Assembly (NCBI GenBank): GCA_016196885.1
Contig: JACPWU010000058.1
Location: 1-32,000, forward strand
Length of the DNA: 32,000 nucleotides
From: Chlamydiota bacterium
GTDB taxonomy: Bacteria > Auribacterota > JACPWU01
Direction: 5' to 3'
Under the pieces are notes generated by a model. That model was not told where the DNA came from. It saw only the letters and a list, made by a program, of their open reading frames with translations, and ran no database searches. The translations under genes and the position numbers were made by a program. Shown here in pieces: positions 1 to 7,806 of this stretch. Each line of letters opens with the position of its first letter. Within the stretch, counting starts at the first letter, position 1.

Positions 1-213
1 GGCAATGGCCTCTTCTTGGGGTAACTCTGTACGCAATGCGTAAAGGCCATTTCTGATTTTAAGGAAAAGGTTATCACAATGGTCCTTGATGAACTCTTGC
101 GTTGCCCGAAGTGATACGTCAAAAATACGCTGGAAATCGAGAGGTGAAAAAAGGCGCATGCCTTTTATTTGAAGATATTGTTGAACAAATAAAGGTTTAA
201 GTTTTCGCTCCAT
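1..213 (-). CDS. AbiEi-like antitoxin / wHTH regulator, N-terminal part only (gene continues past the left window edge)
   Basis: The - strand is open from the ATG at 213 to the window edge (71 codons, no stop): MERKLKPLFVQQYLQIKGMRLFSPLDFQRIFDVSLRATQEFIKDHCDNLFLKIRNGLYALRTELPQEEAIA. The ...RNGLYAL... pattern resembles AbiEi-type N-domains; this is from memory, not a search. It is missing from the ORF track because it is truncated. No clear SD. Confidence 0.4.
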   Translation of the reverse strand, partial: MERKLKPLFVQQYLQIKGMRLFSPLDFQRIFDVSLRATQEFIKDHCDNLFLKIRNGLYALRTELPQEEAIA

Positions 214-247
214 ATAGCGCTAAATATTAAATGTATTATCGAAACCA

Positions 248-282
248 TTGTATCCCATCTTCCAAGGGATACAAGTTTTTTT
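248..282 (+). terminator. Intrinsic-terminator-like hairpin with T-run; client transcript unknown
   Basis: TTGTATCCC (248-256) pairs with GGGATACAA (266-274): 9-bp stem, 9-nt loop, followed by GTTTTTTT (275-282). It lies between the divergent AbiEi-like gene and thrB. Confidence 0.5.
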
Positions 283-417
283 GTTAAGTTCGCTCATGAA
301 GTCATTTTCTCCTTTTCCCGAGAACAAATGGGGTTGGACTCCTTCACAATTTTCCCTGGAAATAAGCCCTTCTTTCTGGTATGGTGACGCCTCTTTACTG
401 ATAGAAGGGGAGTCAAA

Positions 418-1335
418 ATGGCTCAAGGGTTTCGTGTCAAAGTGCCTGCTTCAACCAGCAATTTGGGATCAGGTTTTGATACCTTAGGGCTTGCGCTGGA
501 AATGGTTAACGAAGTTGAGATTCATGTATCTGGGAAGTCCCTGTCTTTAAATATTGAAGGGGAAGGTGCTGGGGAGTTACCTGAAAATTCTAAAAATCTC
601 TTCATTCAGGCCATGAATTTGGTTTTTAGAGAGGTGGGGAAGTCTCGTCCCAAGGGCTTACAGATCCGAATGATCAACCGGATTCCTCTGGCTCGAGGGC
701 TGGGAAGCAGTGCCGCGACGATTATTTCAGGGGTTGTGGTAGGCAAGGCGCTTTGTCGTAAGTCTCTGACAGACAATGACCTTCTTAATCTTGCCTTGAA
801 ACTTGAAGAGCATCCGGATAATTTGGTTCCTGCTCTAATAGGGGGGCTTTGTCTTTCTACTTTGGATGAAGAAAAAGCTGTTTTTTTGGGCCTTCCTCTT
901 CCGATGGGGATGCAAGTGGTCATGGTGATTCCGGATTTTAAGCTTTCCACGAAAAAGGCCCGAGCCATTCTTCCCAAAAAAGTTCCTTTCAAGGATGCTG
1001 TCTTTAATGTAGGACGTTCTTCTTTCTTGACCGCGTCCTTGATAGCGGGTCGTTACGATCTTTTGCCTCTGGCTCTACAGGATCGTTTGCATCAGCCCTA
1101 CCGTTTTGAAATGGCTCCCAAAATGAAAAAGATTTTTGAGATTGCATCCCATCTCTGTGGGGGAAGGGCGGCGATGAGTGGCGCTGGCCCCTCCATTCTC
1201 GCATTTACGAATCATCATGAAAATCCTTATGACGTCATACGGGCGCTGTCTGAAAATTTATCGCATCACAAAATTGGGGCTCAAGTGAAGCTTCTCAATG
1301 TGTCTCATCAAGGTGCGGTCGTGGAAGAGATGTAA
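418..1335 (+). CDS. thrB: Homoserine kinase (GHMP kinase family)
   Basis: 305 aa. N-terminal VPASTSNLGSGFDTLGLAL and the GHMP motif PLARGLGSSAATII. SD AAGGGGAGT at 405-413. Confidence 0.93.
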   Translation: MAQGFRVKVPASTSNLGSGFDTLGLALEMVNEVEIHVSGKSLSLNIEGEGAGELPENSKNLFIQAMNLVFREVGKSRPKGLQIRMINRIPLARGLGSSAATIISGVVVGKALCRKSLTDNDLLNLALKLEEHPDNLVPALIGGLCLSTLDEEKAVFLGLPLPMGMQVVMVIPDFKLSTKKARAILPKKVPFKDAVFNVGRSSFLTASLIAGRYDLLPLALQDRLHQPYRFEMAPKMKKIFEIASHLCGGRAAMSGAGPSILAFTNHHENPYDVIRALSENLSHHKIGAQVKLLNVSHQGAVVEEM

Positions 1336-1383
1336 GGACAGTTGTGGGTCGTGAGGGATGAGTCGTGAGTTAGAAATAAAAAG

Positions 1384-1412
1384 TTGACTTTCAGGGGGGC
1401 TTGGTCTAAATT
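1384..1412 (+). promoter_or_regulatory. Sigma70-type promoter for rpsU
   Basis: TTGACT (1384-1389), exact 17-nt spacer, TAAATT (1407-1412), about 28 nt upstream of the rpsU start. Confidence 0.5.
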
Positions 1413-1440
1413 CTGTGTCACGTTAAGAGGGGAGACAGCT

Positions 1441-1611
1441 TTGACAAAGGTAATTTTAAAAAAAAATGAGTCGGTGGACAAGGCCTTGCGGCGGCTGAAA
1501 AAGAAAATTGATAAAGAGGGCATCATGAAGTCTTTGAAGCAGCATCGCCATTATGAGAAGCCCAGTCAGAAAAAACGCCGCAAGATGAAGGAATCTCGGA
1601 GGAAGCGATAA
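1441..1611 (+). CDS. rpsU: 30S ribosomal protein S21
   Basis: [56 protein letters not shown], typical S21 length and composition. TTG start at 1441 behind GAGGGGAGA. The ORF-track start at 1384 coincides with the -35 box and is rejected. Confidence 0.9.
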   Translation: MTKVILKKNESVDKALRRLKKKIDKEGIMKSLKQHRHYEKPSQKKRRKMKESRRKR

Positions 1612-1634
1612 AAAAGTTTCTCTGGAATCTTTTC

Positions 1635-1666
1635 AGGATCCTGCTGAGCGGTGGGATCCTTTTTTA
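1635..1666 (+). terminator. Intrinsic terminator of rpsU
   Basis: AGGATCC (1635-1641) pairs with GGATCCT (1654-1660), 12-nt loop, then TTTTTT. Confidence 0.65.
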
Positions 1667-1685
1667 TGTCTTTACGCGGCCAGAC

Positions 1686-2582
1686 ATGGATTTTCACGAG
1701 ATGGGTCGGGCCGTTCGGCAACTTCCGCTCTTCAATCTCGTCACGGCCTTTTCCCTTTACGGTTTGGTTCTTCTCTTGGGATGTCTCAGGTGGGTTCTTC
1801 TCCTTCATGCCTTTCAGATTCGTGTTCGTTTTAACCTTGCCTTTCAACTTCTTTTCATAGGTCTTTTTTTTAACAATATGATGCCGAGCCTTACCGGCGG
1901 GGATGTGGTGAAGGGTTATTATACGGCGAAGGGGACTTCTAAAAAAATGGAGGCGGTGGCTTCTATTTTATTGGACCGATTCTTTGGATTTTGTGGGATG
2001 TTTACCTTGGCAGCCGTGGGTTCTCTTTTTGCATGGTCTCATCCCGTGCTGGGTGGGGCGGCGAGAATTGTTTTGGTAGGCATCTTTATTTTTTTTCTGT
2101 CGGTCATCCTTTTTTTGAATCAAAAGATTTTTGGAAGGGTTCGTTTTTTGAAAAATGTTTTTGATAAAATCAAAGGCAGGGATGGAATTGTAAAGTTTTA
2201 TGAGGCGCTGACAGGGGTCAAACACCATCGGGGGACTGTTCTAAAAGTATGGCTTTTGTCCATCATCATTCAGGCCCTTTTGGTAATTGTTAATTTTCTT
2301 CTGGCTCGCGGCCTAGGGATTTCGGGTGTCAGCTTCGGACAATTTTTTGTCATCATTCCCATTGCGGCCTGTATCAGTGCGATGCCCATTTCTTTTGCGG
2401 GCTGGGGGATTGGGGAAGGGGCCTATCGTTCTCTTTTCATGATGTTTAACCCCGCCTACGGGGCTGTCGCCGTGATTCTTTCGATTGTCTATCGGCTGAT
2501 CTGTTTGATTTATAGCCTCGCAGGGCTGCCGCTTTATTTGATGTATCGGGAAGGGGCGATTGAAAAAGAAGTCGTCAGTTGA
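1686..2582 (+). CDS. Flippase-like / lysylphosphatidylglycerol-synthase TM-region family membrane protein (UPF0104-like)
   Basis: 298 aa, polytopic. It contains the ...LRWVLLLHAF... segment and the GGDVVKGYY motif typical of this family. The family-like first helix is encoded in frame upstream of the first ATG (see findings). Confidence 0.75.
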   Translation: MDFHEMGRAVRQLPLFNLVTAFSLYGLVLLLGCLRWVLLLHAFQIRVRFNLAFQLLFIGLFFNNMMPSLTGGDVVKGYYTAKGTSKKMEAVASILLDRFFGFCGMFTLAAVGSLFAWSHPVLGGAARIVLVGIFIFFLSVILFLNQKIFGRVRFLKNVFDKIKGRDGIVKFYEALTGVKHHRGTVLKVWLLSIIIQALLVIVNFLLARGLGISGVSFGQFFVIIPIAACISAMPISFAGWGIGEGAYRSLFMMFNPAYGAVAVILSIVYRLICLIYSLAGLPLYLMYREGAIEKEVVS

Positions 2583-2644
2583 TCGTCGTTCGTATTTCGT
2601 TAAAAATGAGAAACAGATAACGAGTAACAACTGAATTTAGAATT

Positions 2645-2653
2645 TGCTACAAT
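2645..2653 (+). promoter_or_regulatory. Extended -10 promoter element ahead of the rml operon
   Basis: TGcTACAAT (TGn + TACAAT), 29 nt upstream of the rmlA start. No good -35. Confidence 0.35.
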
Positions 2654-2681
2654 ATTGCAAAATTGCTAGGAGACTTTGATT

Positions 2682-3428
2682 ATGAAAGGCATCATTTTAG
2701 CAGGTGGACTGGGAACACGGCTTTATCCTCTTACGAAAATTACCAACAAACATCTTTTGCCCATTTATGACAAGCCCATGATTTATTATCCCCTTCAGAC
2801 GTTAGTGGAGGCAGGGATTGAAGACATCATGATTGTGACGGGCGGAAATCATGCGGGAGATTTCTTGAAGCTTCTGGGCAATGGTAAGGATTTTGGTTTG
2901 AAGGATTTAAATTATACTTATCAAGAGGGAGAAGGAGGAATCGCGGCTGCGCTTGCCCTGACGGAACATTTTTCAGATTCTGAAAAAGTGGTGGTTATTT
3001 TGGGAGATAACATTCTTGAGAAATCTATTAAGGAAGAAGTGAAGGCGTTTGCAAAACAAGCAAAAGGGGCCAGAATTTTATTAAAAAAGGTCTCGGATCC
3101 CGAACGTTTTGGGGTGCCTGCGCTAGAGGGGAAGAAAGTTGTTCGCATTGAAGAGAAACCTAAAGAGCCTCAGAGTCCCTATGCGGTGATTGGAGTTTAT
3201 ATGTATGATCCCAGTGTGTATGAAATTACGAGAACTTTAAAACCTTCTGGGCGTGGCGAGCTTGAAATCTCAGATGTGAACAATGCCTATATTCAGCAAG
3301 GAACGATGACGTGGAATTCGATTGAGGGTTGGTGGACGGATGCAGGAACTTTTGAATCGCTTTTCCGTGCATCACAATTGGTGGCAGAGAAGAAATTTCA
3401 AGTTTTGGGTTCCGGGTTACGAGTTTGA
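2682..3428 (+). CDS. rmlA: Glucose-1-phosphate thymidylyltransferase, short form (sugar nucleotidyltransferase)
   Basis: MKGIILAGGLGTRLYPLTKITNKHLLPIYDKPMIYYPL. AGGAGA lies 8 nt upstream of the ATG at 2682. The track start at 2676 is a TTG two codons earlier. Confidence 0.8.
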   Translation: MKGIILAGGLGTRLYPLTKITNKHLLPIYDKPMIYYPLQTLVEAGIEDIMIVTGGNHAGDFLKLLGNGKDFGLKDLNYTYQEGEGGIAAALALTEHFSDSEKVVVILGDNILEKSIKEEVKAFAKQAKGARILLKKVSDPERFGVPALEGKKVVRIEEKPKEPQSPYAVIGVYMYDPSVYEITRTLKPSGRGELEISDVNNAYIQQGTMTWNSIEGWWTDAGTFESLFRASQLVAEKKFQVLGSGLRV

Positions 3429-3448
3429 AAAATCAATAGGTAGAAATC

Positions 3449-4453
3449 GTGCAAAAATATTTGGTCACAGGCGGAGCAGGCTTCATTGGATCTAACTTTG
3501 TTCATTATCTCCTTTCCAAAAGGAAAGACTGCCAGGTGGTCAATTTGGATAAATTGACTTACGCTGGAAATTTAGAAAATTTGGCCGATTTAAAAATGGA
3601 GGCTCGGTATCAATTTGTGAAAGGGGACATTGCGGATGAAGCTTGTGTGGATCAGATTTTTAAATCTGGGATCGATGTCGTCGTGAATTTTGCGGCTGAG
3701 ACCCATGTGGACCGCTCGATTGAAAATCCAACGGATTTTATCAAGACGGATGTCTATGGGACTTATGTCCTTTTGGAGGCGGCCCGCCGATATGGCGTGA
3801 AAAAATTTATTCAGATTTCGACAGATGAAGTTTATGGAAGCATCGAAAAAGGCTCTTTCCGAGAGACCGATCCTCTGATGCCCAGAAATCCATATTCAGC
3901 GAGCAAGGCGGGGGCGGATCGCCTCGCCTATTCTTATTGGGCAACTTATCAATTACCTGTGGTTATCACTCGGGCCTCCAATAATTTTGGGCCTTATCAA
4001 TATCCTGAAAAATTTATTTCTCTTTCCGTGACGAATTTGCTAGAGGGAAAAACCATTCCGATTTATGGCGATGGCCGAAATGTGAGGGATTGGCTTTATG
4101 TGGGGGATCATTGTGCGGCCGTTGATTTCCTGGTAGATCAAGGAAAGGATGGCGAGGTCTATAATGTTGCCGGAGGAAATGAAAAAGAAAATATCGAGAT
4201 TGCAAAAGAAATGGTGTGCTATTTAAAGGGTTCTCAAGATTCCATTCAATTTGTGAAGGATCGTTTGGGGCATGACCGCCGTTATTCCTTAAATGCGGAC
4301 AAATTAAAAGTCCTCGGCTGGAAACCAAAATCTTCATTTTTGACGGCTCTTCATGAGACCCTAGATTGGTACCAGAAAAATGAAGTTTGGTGGAAGAAGA
4401 TCAAGTCGGGCAAGTTTAAACAGTACTATCAAAAACAGTATGAGCTTAGGTAG
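3449..4453 (+). CDS. rmlB: dTDP-glucose 4,6-dehydratase
   Basis: 334 aa. TGGAGFIGSNF Rossmann motif, YSASKAGAD catalytic YxxxK, GDGRNVRDWLYV. Confidence 0.95.
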   Translation: MQKYLVTGGAGFIGSNFVHYLLSKRKDCQVVNLDKLTYAGNLENLADLKMEARYQFVKGDIADEACVDQIFKSGIDVVVNFAAETHVDRSIENPTDFIKTDVYGTYVLLEAARRYGVKKFIQISTDEVYGSIEKGSFRETDPLMPRNPYSASKAGADRLAYSYWATYQLPVVITRASNNFGPYQYPEKFISLSVTNLLEGKTIPIYGDGRNVRDWLYVGDHCAAVDFLVDQGKDGEVYNVAGGNEKENIEIAKEMVCYLKGSQDSIQFVKDRLGHDRRYSLNADKLKVLGWKPKSSFLTALHETLDWYQKNEVWWKKIKSGKFKQYYQKQYELR

Positions 4454-5315
4454 ACAAAGGGTTTTGATATTGGGTGCCAACGGGATGTTGGGTTCTGATC
4501 TCGTTCAAGTTTTGAAAGGCGATTTTGAAGTTTTCCCTTTCAGTCATCACGAGTTAGATATCACTCAGGTCTCTGAAATCGAGAGAACTTTAAAAACGAT
4601 TCGGCCGGCCATTCTTATCAATGCGGCTAGTTATACGAAGGTAGATGATTGTGAGACGAAAGAACCTTTGGCCCAGGCTGTGAATGGAGAGGCTGTGGGC
4701 AGTATGGCTCGGCTTTGTCAGGAACAGAACGTTTTTCTCGTCCATTTCAGTACGGATTATGTTTTTGATGGATTGAAAAGGACTCCTTATGTGGAAGAGG
4801 ACAAGACCCATCCCATCAATGCTTATGGCCGATCTAAGCTCAAAGGCGAGGAGGCCATTTTCAAGAATTTAAAAAATTTTTTGTTGGTTCGAACCTCGTG
4901 GCTGTACGGTTTAAAGGGCTCTAATTTTGTAGATAAAATGATAGAATTGGCTCGGTCTAATCCTGAAAAAGGATTGAGGGTGGTGGGTGATCAAGAGGGG
5001 TCTCCGACTTATACGAGAGATTTGGCGAAGGCGATCGTTTTTTTGTTGGGGCATCAGGCCAAAGGTCTTATTCATGTGACGAATTCAGGGATGTGCAGTT
5101 GGTACGATTTTGCGGTTCAAATTTTAAAAGTTGCGGGTCTTGGAAATGTTCCAATTCAAGTAGTGACGTCTGATCAATTTCGCAGTCCCACGCGTCGCCC
5201 TTTCTATTCTGTACTTTCGAATGCCCGGCTCGAGAAAGAATATGGTTTTAAAATGAGGCCTTGGCCGGAGGCTTTGGAAGAATATTTAAAGGTTCAGAAA
5301 GGAGTTCATCCATGA
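4440..5315 (+). CDS. rmlD: dTDP-4-dehydrorhamnose reductase family (RmlD-like)
   Basis: Start taken at the ATG at 4440 (MSLGRQRVLILGANGMLGSDL), overlapping the end of rmlB by 14 nt. AYGRSKLKGE YxxxK motif and the RmlD-like C-terminus ...FRSPTRRPFYSVL. Confidence 0.85.
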   Translation: MSLGRQRVLILGANGMLGSDLVQVLKGDFEVFPFSHHELDITQVSEIERTLKTIRPAILINAASYTKVDDCETKEPLAQAVNGEAVGSMARLCQEQNVFLVHFSTDYVFDGLKRTPYVEEDKTHPINAYGRSKLKGEEAIFKNLKNFLLVRTSWLYGLKGSNFVDKMIELARSNPEKGLRVVGDQEGSPTYTRDLAKAIVFLLGHQAKGLIHVTNSGMCSWYDFAVQILKVAGLGNVPIQVVTSDQFRSPTRRPFYSVLSNARLEKEYGFKMRPWPEALEEYLKVQKGVHP

Positions 5316-5479
5316 TCGACAAAGAGTTGCTAGACATCTTGGCCTGTCCCGCTTGTCATGGAGATGTCCAGCTGAAAGACGAAAAAATCTGCTGTCAAAG
5401 TTGCGGACGGCGTTATCCTGTTCGGGATGGAATTCCCATCATGTTGGTAGATGAGGCTGAAAAAGGAAGTGGCTCTTAA
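5312..5479 (+). CDS. Trm112/UPF0434-family small zinc-ribbon protein
   Basis: MIDKELLDILACPACHGDVQLKDEKICCQSCGRRYPVRDGIPIMLVDEA. ATGA overlap with the rmlD stop. Confidence 0.8.
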   Translation: MIDKELLDILACPACHGDVQLKDEKICCQSCGRRYPVRDGIPIMLVDEAEKGSGS

Positions 5480-6719
5480 AAAACATCCCTTTCTAGACGC
5501 CTTAAGAATCCACGATGTACGGCTCTTCATCGGTTCTACCGCCTTTTTTACCCTGGCGAGTCGTGCTTTACTCGTCGTCATCGGTTTTCAAATTTATCGG
5601 CTGACGCACAATCCCCGGGCGCTGGGCTGGCTGGGACTGGTCGAGGCGATCCCCGCCATTTCTCTTGTTTTTTTCGGAGGCTATGTTGCGGATTATTTCA
5701 ACCGCCGAAAAATTCTTCTCATCACCCGGGCTGTCTCGTGTCTTTGCGCCATTTTTCTAGCGTTCCTCTCGTGGAAAGATCATCAAACCTGTTTGATCGG
5801 GTTGTACCTCGTCATTTTTATCGCTGGAGTCGCACGTGGATTTGCGGATCCGGCGAATACCGCTTTTGAATCCCAGGTGGTTCCAAAAAATCTCACTGTG
5901 AATGCAGCGTCGTGGATCAGCAGCACTTGGGTGAGTTGTTCTGTACTGGGTCCTGCCGCAATCGGTTTCATTTTTGATGCCTGGGGGGCCAAGGGATCCT
6001 ATCTCATCATTGCATTGGGTTTTGTTCTTTCTTGGATTTGCATGTTCATGATTCCTCTGAAAATTCAAGCCATTCCTCAACAAAGGGAATCTGTGTTAAA
6101 GGGCATTCGGGTAGGATGGCATTTTGTCTTGAAACATCCCTCTCTCTTGGCGGCAATGGCGCTCGATTTATTTGCAGTTCTCTTTGGGGGAGCGATTGCA
6201 CTTTTACCTATTTATGCGGATGATATTCTTCATGTTGGGGCCAAGGGTTTGGGACTTTTGAACGCCTCTCCCTCTTTGGGTGCATTGATGATAAGCCTGA
6301 TGGCCACCCGTTATCCCCCGATTCACAGGGCCGGTCGCAATCTTCTCTTGGCCGTTTGTGGATTCGGAATCAGCATTGTCGTTTTCGCGTTTTCAAAACA
6401 TTTTTGGCTTTCGATGACGGCTCTATTTTTAAGCGGAACCTTTGATGGTGTGAGCGTGGTGATTCGCCGTTCCATGATCCGGCTCTTGTCACCGGATCAT
6501 TTGCGCGGGCGCATCGCCTCGGTCGGCTGGGTCTTCATTTGCGCGTCGAACGAATTAGGCGCCTTTGAAAGCGGGATGTTGGCCTCTTGGATCGGAACCC
6601 TTCCCTGCGTGGCCGTGGGTGGTGTGATCACATTGGGAGTGGTGGCCCTTACGGCTACCTTTGCGAAGCAGCTCCGTGTTTTAAGCTTTGATTCTCGTAC
6701 GATGGAGCGTGTGATTTAA
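5451..6719 (+). CDS. MFS transporter
   Basis: 422 aa, about 12 hydrophobic segments. GGYVADYFNRRKILL loop motif between TM2 and TM3. Overlaps the trm112-like gene by 29 nt. Confidence 0.85.
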   Translation: MRLKKEVALKKHPFLDALRIHDVRLFIGSTAFFTLASRALLVVIGFQIYRLTHNPRALGWLGLVEAIPAISLVFFGGYVADYFNRRKILLITRAVSCLCAIFLAFLSWKDHQTCLIGLYLVIFIAGVARGFADPANTAFESQVVPKNLTVNAASWISSTWVSCSVLGPAAIGFIFDAWGAKGSYLIIALGFVLSWICMFMIPLKIQAIPQQRESVLKGIRVGWHFVLKHPSLLAAMALDLFAVLFGGAIALLPIYADDILHVGAKGLGLLNASPSLGALMISLMATRYPPIHRAGRNLLLAVCGFGISIVVFAFSKHFWLSMTALFLSGTFDGVSVVIRRSMIRLLSPDHLRGRIASVGWVFICASNELGAFESGMLASWIGTLPCVAVGGVITLGVVALTATFAKQLRVLSFDSRTMERVI

Positions 6720-7760
6720 AAGCTTCGCAAAGTTTCGGGAAGCGCGCTTTTTCCAGAGGCCTTTTTCATAGGCATAGGCGGCTAGAATAGGCAGTGAGAG
6801 GGTCGCCTCCGAAAAAACCATTTGCTCGTGAACTGTGCTGACTTTGCCCCAAGAGCTGGCTTCTTTAAGCGTCGAAGAGGAACAGGCGCCGTCGCGGACG
6901 TCGGCAACGGTTATTTGCACCGCATATTTATGAACTGGAACTTCTTTGCCTAGGACTTCTGCACAGACAACGGTGTCTTGAGAAAAGTTCTTTGGGACAC
7001 CGCCCCCAATCATGAGAAGTCCTGAATCATGGCTCTTCAATTTAATTTGAGTGAGTTCGGAAAAATCTGCAATGGAATCAATGCTCATGTGTTTCTTCGG
7101 ATTTCTGGTTTGGTGGAGTACCAATCCAAAGCCTGCAGAAGAATCGCTGAATGCAGGACAGAAAATGGGGACCTGGTACTCGTAAGCCGTCTGGACCAAT
7201 GAATTTTTCTTCTTGGAATTTTTCTTTAGCCATTTTCCCATTTCCCAAATGAAGGCCCTGGAAGAATAGGGGCGGGGCTCTAGTGAATCAGCCATTTCTG
7301 AAATGGTTTTATCGCAGGCCTGTAACTCTTCTTCATCAATAAAGGTATCGTAAATGCGGTCAATGTAGAGGCTTCTCAAGAGGCTGTCGTCAATAAAAGG
7401 GGTTCCCTTATAATGTTTGAAGCCGAGGGCCTCAAAAAAATCCATGTCCACAATGGAGGCTCCGGTGGCCACAATGACATCCACCATGTTGTTTTTGACC
7501 ATGTCCACATAGACATCCATGCAGCCAGCCGCGCTCGTACTGCCGGCCAGTGTCAGCCACACGGAACAGTTTTCATCTGCAAGCATCATGTTGTAAATGT
7601 CGGCTGCTCGCGCTAAATCCCGAGCAGAAAAAGACATTTTTCGATAGGAATCTACCAGGGATGAGACCTTGAGTTTCTTGATATCAATGTGCTCAATGGG
7701 GACTTTCAGCAATTCTCTTTTTGTCATTTTCATAGTTGGCTCATTTAAATAATGCGACAC
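6681..7760 (-). CDS. Deoxyhypusine synthase family protein (DHS-like / homospermidine-synthase-like)
   Basis: 359 aa. ...WLTLAGSTSAAGCMDVYVDMVKNNMVDVIVATGASIVDMDFFEALGFKHYKG... and ...LMIGGGVPKNF... are DHS hallmarks. The 7760 start is a GTG; ATG 7733 or 7727 (MKMTKRELL) are equally possible. Confidence 0.85.
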   Translation of the reverse strand: MSHYLNEPTMKMTKRELLKVPIEHIDIKKLKVSSLVDSYRKMSFSARDLARAADIYNMMLADENCSVWLTLAGSTSAAGCMDVYVDMVKNNMVDVIVATGASIVDMDFFEALGFKHYKGTPFIDDSLLRSLYIDRIYDTFIDEEELQACDKTISEMADSLEPRPYSSRAFIWEMGKWLKKNSKKKNSLVQTAYEYQVPIFCPAFSDSSAGFGLVLHQTRNPKKHMSIDSIADFSELTQIKLKSHDSGLLMIGGGVPKNFSQDTVVCAEVLGKEVPVHKYAVQITVADVRDGACSSSTLKEASSWGKVSTVHEQMVFSEATLSLPILAAYAYEKGLWKKRASRNFAKLLNHTLHRTRIKA

Positions 7761-7806
7761 AAATTAACAATTCTAATTCTAGATTTCAACTGATAAATAT
7801 GTAAAA

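Noticed and set aside
231-287. 18-codon ORF (MYYRNHCIPSSKGYKFFC) spanning the terminator hairpin upstream of thrB, considered as a Thr-type attenuation leader peptide
   Set aside because: It contains no Thr and only one Ile codon, with no regulatory codon run, and has no SD. It does not fit amino-acid attenuation logic.
606-992. 128-aa - strand ORF antisense to thrB, and the similar 156-aa ORF at 24728-25198 antisense to korA
   Set aside because: Both are shadow ORFs opposite strongly conserved genes. Neither has independent support.
4886-4895. GGTTCGAACC, a tRNA T-arm-like motif
   Set aside because: It lies inside the rmlD coding frame with no flanking acceptor or anticodon stems. No tRNA cloverleaf could be drawn anywhere in the window.
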